Source: Gemmatimonadales bacterium
Lineage (GTDB): Bacteria; Gemmatimonadota; Gemmatimonadetes; Gemmatimonadales; GWC2-71-9
Reading direction: 5' to 3'
Assembly: GCA_037189525.1 (NCBI GenBank)
Contig: JBBCJC010000005.1
Location: 864,001-928,000, forward strand
Length of the DNA: 64,000 nucleotides
Below are positions 8,721 to 17,939 of the stretch, one piece after another. A model generated the notes under the pieces. It did no database searches. It was given only the letters and a program-made list of their open reading frames with translations, and was not told where the DNA came from. A program made the position numbers and the translations under genes. Numbering within the stretch: the stretch's first letter is position 1; every line of letters starts with the position of its first letter.

Positions 8721-9043
8721 TGGACGACAACGAACAATCAGATAACTCCCGGACCCCACGGCGACGTCGACGGAGCGCGGAGGTTCCCCGCCCCGATCCG
8801 CGCCCGGGCTCCGCGGTCTGGACCGTATATCTCGTCAATCAGGCCTCCGGCAAAGCCTGGTTCCTTGGGCGTGTAATGGGATCCACCGATACGATCGCGC
8901 TGCGGGCCGCGCGGAAGCGGTGGACGCGATACGCCGAAAGCGTCGGATTGATCGTCCGCCCCCTCACGAATCCGTGGCCGGAGGATCAGCTCGAACGGCG
9001 GGCACTCCCGAAGGGGAAGCCCGCTCGAAAAGACGCGAAATGA
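8720..9043 (+). CDS. Hypothetical basic protein (107 aa)
   Basis: AAGGAGGAG RBS; folded-looking core WTVYLV...FLGRVMG...ALRAARKRW. Confidence 0.6.
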   Translation: MDDNEQSDNSRTPRRRRRSAEVPRPDPRPGSAVWTVYLVNQASGKAWFLGRVMGSTDTIALRAARKRWTRYAESVGLIVRPLTNPWPEDQLERRALPKGKPARKDAK

Positions 9044-9072
9044 CTTTCCGACAGATGACGTTTTCCCGATTC

Positions 9073-9116
9073 TTGCCTTTTTCTCAGTATGTACAGTAAC
9101 ATTGATACGTACATAC
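9073..9116 (+). promoter_or_regulatory. TA promoter with inverted-repeat operator
   Basis: TTGCCT-N18-TAACAT; GTATGTAC-N14-GTACATAC (9087-9116). Confidence 0.55.
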
Positions 9117-9130
9117 ACACTGGAGATCAC

Positions 9131-9358
9131 GTGTCGAAAACACAGGATCGTCACCGACGCCGCGCCACCACCAAGGTCTCGAAGACGTATCGGCTTACTC
9201 CAGCCAAACTCGCGGCGGCCCAAAAAATTCTGGGCACCAGCACCGCCACCGAAACCATCGAGACTGCCCTCGATATGGTCGTCTTTCGGCAGGAGTTGCT
9301 CGACAGCACCCGGGCCCTCTTCGGCCTGGAGATCGCCTCCCCCGATTCCGCCCCATGA
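9131..9358 (+). CDS. vapB: VapB-like antitoxin (RHH type)
   Basis: GGAG RBS and GTG; KTYRL..KLAAAQKILGTSTATETIETAL; ATGA overlap with the PIN toxin. Confidence 0.75.
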   Translation: MSKTQDRHRRRATTKVSKTYRLTPAKLAAAQKILGTSTATETIETALDMVVFRQELLDSTRALFGLEIASPDSAP

Positions 9359-9819
9359 CGAGCGTTCGCGAGCGGCGTTATGCGGTGGACACCAACCTCT
9401 TCATCCGAGGCTACCGTACAGAGGCCGATCGGGGTGCCTTGGAAGCATTCCTCCAGGCCTTTGCTCCCTTCTGCTACCTCCCAGCCATTGTTGCGCAAGA
9501 ACTCCTCGCCGGCGTCCGAACCGCCGCCGAGGAACGGGCACTGGACCGGCACCTGATCGGCCGCTTTGAACGGCGTGGCCGGTTACTAGCACCGTCGGCG
9601 GCGGCATGGCTCGAGTCCGGCCGGGTGTTGCGAGCGTTGGCCCAAGCCGAGACCGTATCGCTCGCAGGAATGACGAAAGCTATTGGTAGTGACGTTATGC
9701 TTGCGGTGACGTGTCGTGAGCACGGAGTCTGTCTCGTTACCGAGAACGTACGCGATTTCGCGCGGATCCGCCGGCACCTGCAGTTCGACTACACGGCGCC
9801 GTGGCCGACGCCTGCCTGA
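9355..9819 (+). CDS. vapC: PIN-domain VapC toxin
   Basis: YAVDTN, QELL, DVMLA and VTENVRDF PIN motifs. Confidence 0.85.
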   Translation: MTSVRERRYAVDTNLFIRGYRTEADRGALEAFLQAFAPFCYLPAIVAQELLAGVRTAAEERALDRHLIGRFERRGRLLAPSAAAWLESGRVLRALAQAETVSLAGMTKAIGSDVMLAVTCREHGVCLVTENVRDFARIRRHLQFDYTAPWPTPA

Positions 9820-9896
9820 GGCTCGTCACCCGTCTAATACGGGATCCTCTAGGGGATCCTCGAAACATGATGAGATGATGCGAATGACGGAGAGAG

Positions 9897-9968
9897 TGAG
9901 GGCGCTGGGACTCGAACCCAGAACCTACGGATTAAAAGTCCGGTGCTCTACCATTGAGCTACGCCCCC
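9897..9968 (-). tRNA. tRNA-Lys (anticodon TTT), CCA not encoded
   Basis: Reverse complement folds as GGGGGCG TA GCTC AATGGTA GAGC A CCGGA CTTTTAA TCCGT AGGTT CTGGG TTCGAGT CCCAG CGCCCTC A. Confidence 0.95.
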
Positions 9969-10064
9969 GACCGGAACCAAGATAATCGGGCGGCCGCCGG
10001 TCTGACCATCTGACCCGGCGGCCTGCCCATCCCCCCTGACGCCCCCACTTCCGAGAGCGGCCGC

Positions 10065-10868
10065 TCAGCGCTGCCCGAAAACCTCGCTGAACATCCGCAG
10101 CATGGCCGCCCAGGATTCGCGGTCGGCGGTCGCATCATAGGCCAGGCCATCCATCCCGAAACTGCCGGCATCGGGATTGGTGAAGCCGTGTTTGACACCC
10201 TCGTAGTTGATGACCTCGAACCGGGCCCCAGCGGCCGCCAGCTGCGCCGAGAAGGACTGCACCGTGTCGGGCGGCACCATCGGATCGGCGGCGCCGTTGA
10301 GCACCAGGATCCGGGCTTTGACGGCGCCGGAGTCGACCGGCGGACTGGTCAGCAACGCCCCGTGAAAACTCGCGACGGCATCGAGATCGGCGCCGGCACG
10401 CGCCGCGCCGAGCACCACGGCGCCGCCGAAGCAGTAGCCGATGGCGCCCGTGCGCGTGGAATCGACGTGCGAGTCCTGTTTGAGCACGTCGAGTGCGGCG
10501 GCAAACCGCGCGGCTACCGCAGCCGGGTCGCTCATCGCGGCCATCATGAAGCCCTGCGCCGAATCCGGATGGGTGGTCGAGCGGCCATCGCCGTACATAT
10601 CGACCGCAAAGCCGACGTAGCCCGCTTCCGCGAGCCGGCGCGCCTGGTTGCGCGCATGTTCGTTGTGGCCCCACCACTCGTGCACCACGAGCACACCCGG
10701 GCGCCGATCGGTCCGAGCGGCATCGTAGGCGATGAACCCCTTCAGGGTGGTGCCACCCTGCTGATACTCGACTTCGCGGGTTTGAATGTCCGGACCGGCC
10801 GGGGGCTCGGAGCGGCCACACGCTGCGGCAAGAACCACTACGGCAAGCAGATTACGACGCAGGAACAT
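10065..10868 (-). CDS. Dienelactone hydrolase family lipoprotein
   Basis: HEWWG, GYCFGG and HGFTNP motifs; lipobox AAAC. Confidence 0.9.
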   Translation of the reverse strand: MFLRRNLLAVVVLAAACGRSEPPAGPDIQTREVEYQQGGTTLKGFIAYDAARTDRRPGVLVVHEWWGHNEHARNQARRLAEAGYVGFAVDMYGDGRSTTHPDSAQGFMMAAMSDPAAVAARFAAALDVLKQDSHVDSTRTGAIGYCFGGAVVLGAARAGADLDAVASFHGALLTSPPVDSGAVKARILVLNGAADPMVPPDTVQSFSAQLAAAGARFEVINYEGVKHGFTNPDAGSFGMDGLAYDATADRESWAAMLRMFSEVFGQR

Positions 10869-10991
10869 CGGCAAGGACCTCGAAGCAGGAGTATCGGGAC
10901 AATCTATCGCGCGAACCGCCGGCGGGCGATGTGGCGTCAGGCGGATCGAAAAACGTCCCCCGAGGAGCACGTCAAACCAGCGGGAGGAAGC

Positions 10992-11390
10992 ATGAGCTTG
11001 CCCATTCGACTCGTCGTGACCCTGGCCGGAGCCGCCCTCGCCGGTGGGTGCCTCCTGGCCGCCGCAGGCGCGGGCGCAGGCGGCGCCGTCTATGTCAGCG
11101 AACGCGGCGTCGAGTCCACCATGGCCGCGTCTCCCGATCGGGCCCTGGTGGCTGCGCGGGCGGCCTTTCAGGCATACGACATCCGGGAAACCAAGACCAG
11201 CACCGAACAGGACGGGGCCGTGAGCAAGCGGACCCTCGAAGGCGCCACCGACGACCGCGAGGTGACGGTCTCGATCCGGACCGAGGGCAACGGGTCCCGG
11301 GTCGTGGTGGTCGCCGCCAAGACCAAAGTGACCTGGGACAAGGACTTTGCCCGGGCCATCCTCGAACGGATCAGCTCGGAGGTTCGCTAG
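10992..11390 (+). CDS. DUF3568-like lipoprotein
   Basis: GGAGG RBS; LAGGC lipobox followed by AAAGAGAGGAVY. Confidence 0.65.
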   Translation: MSLPIRLVVTLAGAALAGGCLLAAAGAGAGGAVYVSERGVESTMAASPDRALVAARAAFQAYDIRETKTSTEQDGAVSKRTLEGATDDREVTVSIRTEGNGSRVVVVAAKTKVTWDKDFARAILERISSEVR

Positions 11391-12461
11391 CTACGGATTA
11401 CGGAACAGCTGGAGGATCTGGCCCGCCAGCGGCTCGAGCCCCCGATGATTGGCATTGCTGAGGATGGCCACGGCCAACCCGAGTTCCGGCACCACCAGCA
11501 GCTGCGCAGAGGCGCCCACGTGTGACCCGCCGTGGCCCACGGCCCGCCGGCCGTCGAGCGTCGTGACCCGCCAGCCGAGACCATAGTCGGTCGACTTCCC
11601 CGCCGCCGTGGTCATCGGCGTGAAGAGCAGGTCGCGGCCCCGATCCGTCACGACCCGGCCGGTCAGGACGCCGTGAGCAAACCGGGTCAGATCATCGGCG
11701 GTCGAGAGAAAGCCGCCGCCGGCCCAGACGTCGCTGTTGTCGACCGCCGGACCATTGGAGACGACACCGAGAGAGTCCGCCAGGTAGAACGCGGTGCGGC
11801 CGGGGATGATCCTGGCATAGTGATCGGCAATCGTTTCCGTCATCCCGAACGGATCGAACACCCGCCGCTGCATCTCACCCAGGAACTCGGCGCCCGCCGC
11901 CCCCTCGACCACCGCCGAGATCAGATTCCACCCGAAGCTCGAATAGGCATACCGCTCGCCGGGCACGAACAAGAGCGGGCGATCCCGAAACTTGTCGAGC
12001 GCCGCCGTGACCGTGGGATAGTGCACCGTGTTGACCACATCGGCCGCGGTATAGTGGGGGATACCCGAGAGATGCCCCGCCAGCTGGCGCGTCGATATCG
12101 GGTGCCCCTTATCGGGAAAACTCGGCACATAGCGCTGGACCGGCGCATCGAGATCGAGCTTGCCCTCCTGCCACAGCGCAGCAACCGCTATCGAGGTCAG
12201 GGTTTTCGAGATGCTGCCGATCCGGAACCTGGTCCGCGGCGTGGCCGGCGCGCTCAGTTCGAGATTGGCCATCCCGAACCCTTCCGACCAGAGGATGGTA
12301 CCATGACGCGCCACTGCGATACTCGCGCCGGGCACATGATAGCGCGCCAGGTGAGCACGGAAGAGCGTCCGCGCCGAATCGACGGCCGGGGTCTGCGCGT
12401 GCAGGGCGCCGGCCAGCAGGGCAACAGCCAGCAGGGCAGATCGGATCGCACCAGTCAGCAT
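11391..12461 (-). CDS. Serine hydrolase, beta-lactamase family
   Basis: FRIGSISK, YSS and HGGS motifs; signal peptide. Confidence 0.88.
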   Translation of the reverse strand: MLTGAIRSALLAVALLAGALHAQTPAVDSARTLFRAHLARYHVPGASIAVARHGTILWSEGFGMANLELSAPATPRTRFRIGSISKTLTSIAVAALWQEGKLDLDAPVQRYVPSFPDKGHPISTRQLAGHLSGIPHYTAADVVNTVHYPTVTAALDKFRDRPLLFVPGERYAYSSFGWNLISAVVEGAAGAEFLGEMQRRVFDPFGMTETIADHYARIIPGRTAFYLADSLGVVSNGPAVDNSDVWAGGGFLSTADDLTRFAHGVLTGRVVTDRGRDLLFTPMTTAAGKSTDYGLGWRVTTLDGRRAVGHGGSHVGASAQLLVVPELGLAVAILSNANHRGLEPLAGQILQLFRNP

Positions 12462-12472
12462 GGCAAGCCTGT

Positions 12473-13111
12473 TCAGAGTTCGAGACCCAGTTGCATTACG
12501 GGCATGAAGGTTCGGCGATGATGCGAAGTCGGGCCGGCCTCTTCGATGGCCTTCCGGTGCCGCTCGGTGCCGTACCCGCGATTGCTTTCCCAATGATAGG
12601 CCGGATGCCGTGCGCCGAGGCTGACCATGAGGCGATCACGTACGGTCTTGGCAATGATACCGGCCGCGGCAATCGAGAGGCAGAGGGCGTCGCCGTCGAC
12701 GATGGCATCGTGATCGAGCCCCAGATCGGGCATGGCCAGACCATCGAGCACCACCTGATACGGCCGGCCAACCGGGAGCGCAGGAATGGCGCGACGGACC
12801 GCGCGCCGCATGGCGAGCACCGTCGCCCGCCGAATGTTGAGCCGATCGATTTCACGGACCGATGCAGCGCCGACGCCGATCGCGACGGCGTGCTGACGAA
12901 CCAATTCCGCTGCGACATCGCGCTTGGCTTCGGCCAGCGTCTTACTGTCGCGGATCCGGCGGAAGCGGGTCACCCCTTCCGGAAACACCACGGCCGCAGC
13001 CACCACTGGACCAGCCAGGGGACCGCGGCCTGCTTCATCGACGCCGATCAGAAGCCCGCCCGCCTGCCAGGCGAGCCGCTCGCGTTCCAGCGAAGGCACC
13101 TTGCCGGCCAT
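12473..13111 (-). CDS. rnhB: Ribonuclease HII
   Basis: GVDEAGRGPLAGPV, DSK, SIAAAGIIAK; standard synteny after rplS. Confidence 0.95.
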   Translation of the reverse strand: MAGKVPSLERERLAWQAGGLLIGVDEAGRGPLAGPVVAAAVVFPEGVTRFRRIRDSKTLAEAKRDVAAELVRQHAVAIGVGAASVREIDRLNIRRATVLAMRRAVRRAIPALPVGRPYQVVLDGLAMPDLGLDHDAIVDGDALCLSIAAAGIIAKTVRDRLMVSLGARHPAYHWESNRGYGTERHRKAIEEAGPTSHHRRTFMPVMQLGLEL

Positions 13112-13198
13112 CAGCGCTCCGGGAGGCCCGGGACCAATGCCCCGGGAAGATCGACTGTCAGCCGGGCGACGAGGCCGCCGCCCGGGCGTTCGAACGAC

Positions 13199-13573
13199 TT
13201 ACGCCTTCTCGCCCTTGCCCGTGTGCGTCGGGTCGCGACGCTCACGGATCCGCGCGCCCTTACCGCTCAGGTTGCGCAGGTAGTAGAGCTTGGCGCGCCG
13301 CACCCGGCCCCGCCGGATCACGGTGATCGACGCGATGATCGGGCTGTGGAGCGGGAAGATGCGCTCGACCCCGACCGACGCGGAGACCTTCCGCACCGTG
13401 AAGGTTTCGTCGATGCCGCCGCCCTTACGCCCGAGGCAGACACCCTCGAACGCCTGCAGTCGCTCCTTGTCGCCTTCGCGGACACGGACCATCACCTTCA
13501 CCGTGTCTCCTGGCGCAAAGGTCGGGATATCGGTCTTGAGACCTTCCCGGGTAAGCGTCGAAAGTTCCGTCAT
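13199..13573 (-). CDS. rplS: 50S ribosomal protein L19
   Basis: [18 protein letters not shown] and [14 protein letters not shown]. Confidence 0.97.
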   Translation of the reverse strand: MTELSTLTREGLKTDIPTFAPGDTVKVMVRVREGDKERLQAFEGVCLGRKGGGIDETFTVRKVSASVGVERIFPLHSPIIASITVIRRGRVRRAKLYYLRNLSGKGARIRERRDPTHTGKGEKA

Positions 13574-13604
13574 GGCCCCTGCTCCTTGAATAGCGAGACG
13601 TCCC

Positions 13605-14327
13605 TCACGTCTCTGTGTCGTGTTCCCGTTTCCAGACAGCCCAGAGATCGGGCCGCCGCGCCGAGGTCAACCGCTCGGCTTCCTGCTGTCTCCACGCCGC
13701 AATTTCGGCGTGATTACCCGACCTGAGCACCGCCGGCACCGCCATCCCCCGGAACTCCGGCGGGCGGGTGTAACTGGGCGGACTCAACAACCCGTCGTAG
13801 AACGAGTCGGAACTGGCCGACTCATGGTCTCCCAGCGCACCCGGGAGCAACCGTACCACCGCATCGATCAGACACAGCGCGGCCGGCTCTCCCCCCGACA
13901 GAATGAAATCGCCGATGCAGACTTCCTCGGCGTTCAGTCCGTCGACGATGCGCTGGTCCAGGTCCTTGTAGTGACCCGCAATCAGCGTCAGCACCGGCGC
14001 CAGCGAGTAGCGCACCACCGCGTCGTGCCTGAGTGGTGTGCCGCGCGCCGACATCACCAGCACCCGACCGGGGTCGCCTAACGACTCGACCGCCGCGAAC
14101 ACCACATCGGGCTTGATCACCATCCCGGCGCCGCCCCCGTAGGGCGTGTCGTCGACCGTCCGATGGCGATCGGTGGCAAAGTCCCTGAGCTGCACCAGCC
14201 GGAACTCCACCAGCCCCCGCTCCACTGCCCGGGCCGGAATGCTGGCCGCCAGGTACGGCGCCATCACCTCCGGAAAGAGCGAGACGACATTGATCCTGAC
14301 GCGGGGCGGTCGCTCCGCCTCACTCAT
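13605..14327 (-). CDS. trmD: tRNA (guanine-N1)-methyltransferase
   Basis: [25 protein letters not shown]. Confidence 0.96.
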   Translation of the reverse strand: MSEAERPPRVRINVVSLFPEVMAPYLAASIPARAVERGLVEFRLVQLRDFATDRHRTVDDTPYGGGAGMVIKPDVVFAAVESLGDPGRVLVMSARGTPLRHDAVVRYSLAPVLTLIAGHYKDLDQRIVDGLNAEEVCIGDFILSGGEPAALCLIDAVVRLLPGALGDHESASSDSFYDGLLSPPSYTRPPEFRGMAVPAVLRSGNHAEIAAWRQQEAERLTSARRPDLWAVWKREHDTET

Positions 14328-14853
14328 CGATCAGGCCTTCGGGCGCATCGAGCACCAGCCGGCGCGCCTCTCGCTCCACCAGGACCACGAATTCCTTCCG
14401 AAACGGCACCAGGAACTCGCGTTTCTTGCCCTGCACTTCCAGCATCAACCCGGTCGGATACTCCTCGACCGAGGTCACCACGCCGAGCGGATTGCCCGCC
14501 GGGTCCTGCACCGCGAACCCGGCAAGTTCGTGGAGGTAGACCTCCCCCTCCGCCGGCGGCGTCAGCGTCTCGGCCGGCGCGGAGAGGAGATAGTCCCGCC
14601 ACCCCTCGATGGCCGCCCGATCTTCGTACCCGACGAAGGTCAGGAGCACCTCGCGGTGATAGATCCGGCTCCGCCCGATTTCGAGCGGCCCTGCGACCTG
14701 CTCACCGGCCAGACTGGTGACCCAGACGGACCGCCCCGGCGCAAAGACCGATTGCGGATCGTCCGTGAGCGGAAAGACCGCGCACTCGCCCTTGAGTCCG
14801 TGCGGCTTCCGCAACCGTCCCACCACCAGGTGGCGGGGCGGCAGATCCGTCAC
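14320..14853 (-). CDS. rimM: Ribosome maturation factor RimM
   Basis: VGRLRKPHGLKGE; synteny; GTGA overlap with rpsP. Confidence 0.93.
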   Translation of the reverse strand: MTDLPPRHLVVGRLRKPHGLKGECAVFPLTDDPQSVFAPGRSVWVTSLAGEQVAGPLEIGRSRIYHREVLLTFVGYEDRAAIEGWRDYLLSAPAETLTPPAEGEVYLHELAGFAVQDPAGNPLGVVTSVEEYPTGLMLEVQGKKREFLVPFRKEFVVLVEREARRLVLDAPEGLIDE

Positions 14854-15098
14854 GCCGTGACGCCCGCCTTCTTGAGCAGCGTTCCGACGGTATCCGACGG
14901 CGTCGCGCCCTTCCCGACCCATTCCTTGGCCGCTTCGACGTCGATCTGGAGCTGCTTGTCGGCTTCGGCGCGCGGATTGTAGGTGCCCAGGATGGCGATG
15001 AAACGGCCATCGCGCGGCTTGGTCTTCTCGGCCACGACGATCCGATAGATCGGGAGCTTTTTCCGCCCGACGCGGCGAAGACGAATACGAGTTGCCAC
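14850..15098 (-). CDS. rpsP: 30S ribosomal protein S16
   Basis: RIRLRRVGRKKLPIYRIVVA..RDGRFI; AAGGAG RBS. Confidence 0.97.
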   Translation of the reverse strand: MATRIRLRRVGRKKLPIYRIVVAEKTKPRDGRFIAILGTYNPRAEADKQLQIDVEAAKEWVGKGATPSDTVGTLLKKAGVTA

Positions 15099-15159
15099 AA
15101 ATACTCCTTAGATGATCGTGAGGGTAGAGGTTCCGACCTCACCCGACCTGCCGTTTACC

Positions 15160-16506
15160 TCAACCCCGCCTGCCCGGGAAGACCGCACCCCCGCCGCCGA
15201 ACGGCAGCTTGGCGCCATGCTTCCCGCCCTTCATCAGCTTCTGCATCTGCTTGAATTGATTCAGCAGCTGATTGACTTCCTGCACCGTTCGACCGGACCC
15301 CTTGGCCACGCGCAGCCGGCGCGAGCCGTTCATCAGATCCGGGTCGGCGCGTTCCTTGGTCGTCATCGACAACACGATCGCCTCGACGTGCTTGATCCGA
15401 TTGTCATCGACGTTGGCCGACTTGAGCATCTGCGAGTTCACGCCCGGCAGCATGCCCAACACGTTCTTGAGCGGCCCCATCTTCTGCATCTGCTTCATGG
15501 CGGTGAGGAAGTCCTGGAGATCCAGGCCTTTCTTCGACATCGCCTTCTTGGCCAGCTTCTCGGCTTCTTTTTCGTCGATCGCGCCCTGGGCTTTTTCGAC
15601 CAGGCTGAGCACGTCGCCCTGCTGGAGGATCCGGCCCGCCATCCGCTCGGGATGGAACGGCTCCAGCGCATCGAGGCCTTCACCGACGCCGACATACTTG
15701 ATCGGCGCGTTGGTCACTCCATAGATCGACAGCGCCGCGCCGCCGCGGGAGTCGCCGTCCATCTTGGTCAGCACGACGCCGGTGACACCGAGCGCGTCGT
15801 GGAAACCCTTGGCGATCCGAACCGCATCCTGACCGGTCATGCCGTCGGCTACCAGCAGGATCTCGTGCGGCTTGATGGTGCTCTTGAGCTTGACCAGCTC
15901 GGCCATCATCTCGTCGTCGATCTGCAACCGGCCGGCCGTGTCGACCACGACGGTCCGGGCGCGCGCCTTGCCGGCGGCCTCGATGCCGCGGCGAACGATC
16001 CCGACCACATCGGTCTGGCCCGGCTCGCCGTGGAAGCCGACCCCCACCTGCCGAGCAAGCGTATCGAGCTGCTCGACGGCCGCCGGACGATAGACGTCCG
16101 CAGCAATCAGGAAGGGCGCTTTCTGTTCGAGCTTGAGCCGCTTGGCGAGCTTACCGGCGCTGGTGGTCTTACCGGAACCCTGGAGACCGACGATGAGGAT
16201 GACGGTGGGCGGAACCGAGGCGTAGGCAATGGGCGCTTGCTTCTCACCGAGCATCGCGACCAGTTCGTCATACACGATCTTGACGATCTGCTGGCCGGGC
16301 TTGACCCCCTTCATCTGAACGACGCCGACAGCCTTGTCCTGAACCCGCTCGAGAAACTGGCGGGTCAGCTCGAAGCTCACATCGGCTTCGAGCAGCACCC
16401 GGCGAATTTCCCGGAGGCCCTCTTTGACCGCGTCCTCCGTGAGGACGCCCTTGCCCGCAAGTCGCTTGAGGGCATCGGTCAGTTTGGTAGACAGGTCGTC
16501 GAACAT
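15160..16506 (-). CDS. ffh: Signal recognition particle protein
   Basis: GLQGSGKTT, DTAGR, TKMDGD and the Met-rich M domain. Confidence 0.97.
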   Translation of the reverse strand: MFDDLSTKLTDALKRLAGKGVLTEDAVKEGLREIRRVLLEADVSFELTRQFLERVQDKAVGVVQMKGVKPGQQIVKIVYDELVAMLGEKQAPIAYASVPPTVILIVGLQGSGKTTSAGKLAKRLKLEQKAPFLIAADVYRPAAVEQLDTLARQVGVGFHGEPGQTDVVGIVRRGIEAAGKARARTVVVDTAGRLQIDDEMMAELVKLKSTIKPHEILLVADGMTGQDAVRIAKGFHDALGVTGVVLTKMDGDSRGGAALSIYGVTNAPIKYVGVGEGLDALEPFHPERMAGRILQQGDVLSLVEKAQGAIDEKEAEKLAKKAMSKKGLDLQDFLTAMKQMQKMGPLKNVLGMLPGVNSQMLKSANVDDNRIKHVEAIVLSMTTKERADPDLMNGSRRLRVAKGSGRTVQEVNQLLNQFKQMQKLMKGGKHGAKLPFGGGGAVFPGRRG

Positions 16507-16515
16507 AAGCCCTGA

Positions 16516-16544
16516 AAGATAGCCGACTTACAGGGGGGTCTCAA
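16516..16544 (-). promoter_or_regulatory. Sigma70-type promoter of ffh
   Basis: TTGAGA-N17-TATCTT, 9 nt before the ATG. Confidence 0.55.
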
Positions 16545-16589
16545 GACCGGAGGGGGCGGGCCATAGGGTTGGCCCGCGAGCCGGGAGGC

Positions 16590-17939
16590 TCAGGTCAGGC
16601 TGATAATTATGCTTTCGTCGTCCCGGTCGGGGAGGTACACGATCTGTACGGTTTCTCCGACCTGCCACCGGTCTGCCCGATTTCGCGACACCAGCTCGGA
16701 ACTCCGGATCAGCCGACCCTCGACCTCGAACTGGTACCGGACCCGCATGGCCTTGGCACCCATTGAGTTGGTCTCGGAATCCATGGCCAGGATCGTGGCG
16801 TCGGTCGGGATGCCCTTCTGCAGGAACTGCCGGACCCGGTTCCGCTGGGTTCCCACCGCAGAGACGATAATCAGCGGCATGACGCCAAAGGTGACGACCG
16901 AGAGCATGCCGGCCGCCAGGAACGAGACGATCCGGGAGAAGCCGCGTTTGCGCACAAACCCGGAGTCGATCGTGTCCATGAAGCCGGGTGCCAGCTGGTT
17001 GGACAGATCCCGCAACTCCCCATCGAGTTTCCGGGGCCCGGGGGCGAGCGTCAGCCTATGGCCCCGATTCGAAACCGGGCCCAACCCGGCGGCGGGCACT
17101 CGAGGGACCACCGCATGCCCGCGACCAACACCCGCCGGGGTTGCCGGCGTCTGAAACAGCGCGTCTCGCACCTCCCGCGCCGAGGCATACCGGTCCGCGG
17201 GCGACGGCTGGAGCATCCGGGCCATGACCGACCGGAGCGGCTCCCCGCAGGACAGCGCATCCGGCACTTCGATCCGGCCGGCCGGATTGAGGAAGCTGGG
17301 CGGCGCAGACCCGGTGACCAGGTGCAGGAAGGTGGCCGCCAGCGCATACAGATCGCTGCTGGGGGTGGCCTGCCCCATGTACTGCTCGTACGGCATGTAT
17401 CCGTAAGTCCCGGCGATGGTCGATCCGCCGTCGCCCCGGACGACGTTCCGCACGGCGCCGAAGTCCACCAGCACCGGATTGCCGTCCGGGCGAATGATGA
17501 CGTTGGCCGGCTTGATGTCGCGATGCAGGATCGAGGGGATCCGGCTGTGCAGGTAGTCGAGCACGCCCAGCAACTCGACGAAGAGATGCATCACCGCGGG
17601 CCGATCGAGCACCGCGCGCTGCTCGATGCGCTGCGCAATCGACTGGCCGTCGATGAACTCGAGCGCGATGACGTGCACCTGGCGCCCCAGCCAGTCGCCG
17701 CGCACCGTCTCGAAGACCTCTGGAATGCCCTGGTGCCTCAGTGTCTTGAGGACGGCCGCCTCACGCTCGAACAATTCGAACGCTTTCCAGTCCTCCGCCT
17801 GCGTCGGATCGAGAATCTTGAGGGCGACCTGTCTCTCGTTGACCACATCCCTGGCCAGATAGGTGCGCGCAAACGCCCCCTGACCCAACCGACGAACCAC
17901 GTCGTACCGATCGGCAAACCGGGCCGGCCAATCGGTCAT
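16590..17939 (-). CDS. Ser/Thr protein kinase with C-terminal TM segment and small beta domain
   Basis: LGQGAFA, VALK, HRDIKPAN, DFG, GTYGYMPYE, SDLYAL. Confidence 0.9.
   Translation of the reverse strand: MTDWPARFADRYDVVRRLGQGAFARTYLARDVVNERQVALKILDPTQAEDWKAFELFEREAAVLKTLRHQGIPEVFETVRGDWLGRQVHVIALEFIDGQSIAQRIEQRAVLDRPAVMHLFVELLGVLDYLHSRIPSILHRDIKPANVIIRPDGNPVLVDFGAVRNVVRGDGGSTIAGTYGYMPYEQYMGQATPSSDLYALAATFLHLVTGSAPPSFLNPAGRIEVPDALSCGEPLRSVMARMLQPSPADRYASAREVRDALFQTPATPAGVGRGHAVVPRVPAAGLGPVSNRGHRLTLAPGPRKLDGELRDLSNQLAPGFMDTIDSGFVRKRGFSRIVSFLAAGMLSVVTFGVMPLIIVSAVGTQRNRVRQFLQKGIPTDATILAMDSETNSMGAKAMRVRYQFEVEGRLIRSSELVSRNRADRWQVGETVQIVYLPDRDDESIIISLT

Larger units (their letters stand above)
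8343..9930. mobile_element. Small tRNA-Lys-integrated genomic islet (no integrase)
   Basis: Flanked by the tRNA 3' duplication; visibly more AT-rich; carries a TA module and orphan ORFs. Confidence 0.7.

Noticed and set aside
11391..12461. Antibiotic-resistance beta-lactamases (three serine hydrolases) or VanA-type ligase
   Set aside because: Motifs only place them in broad families; no van cluster genes or mobile resistance context.
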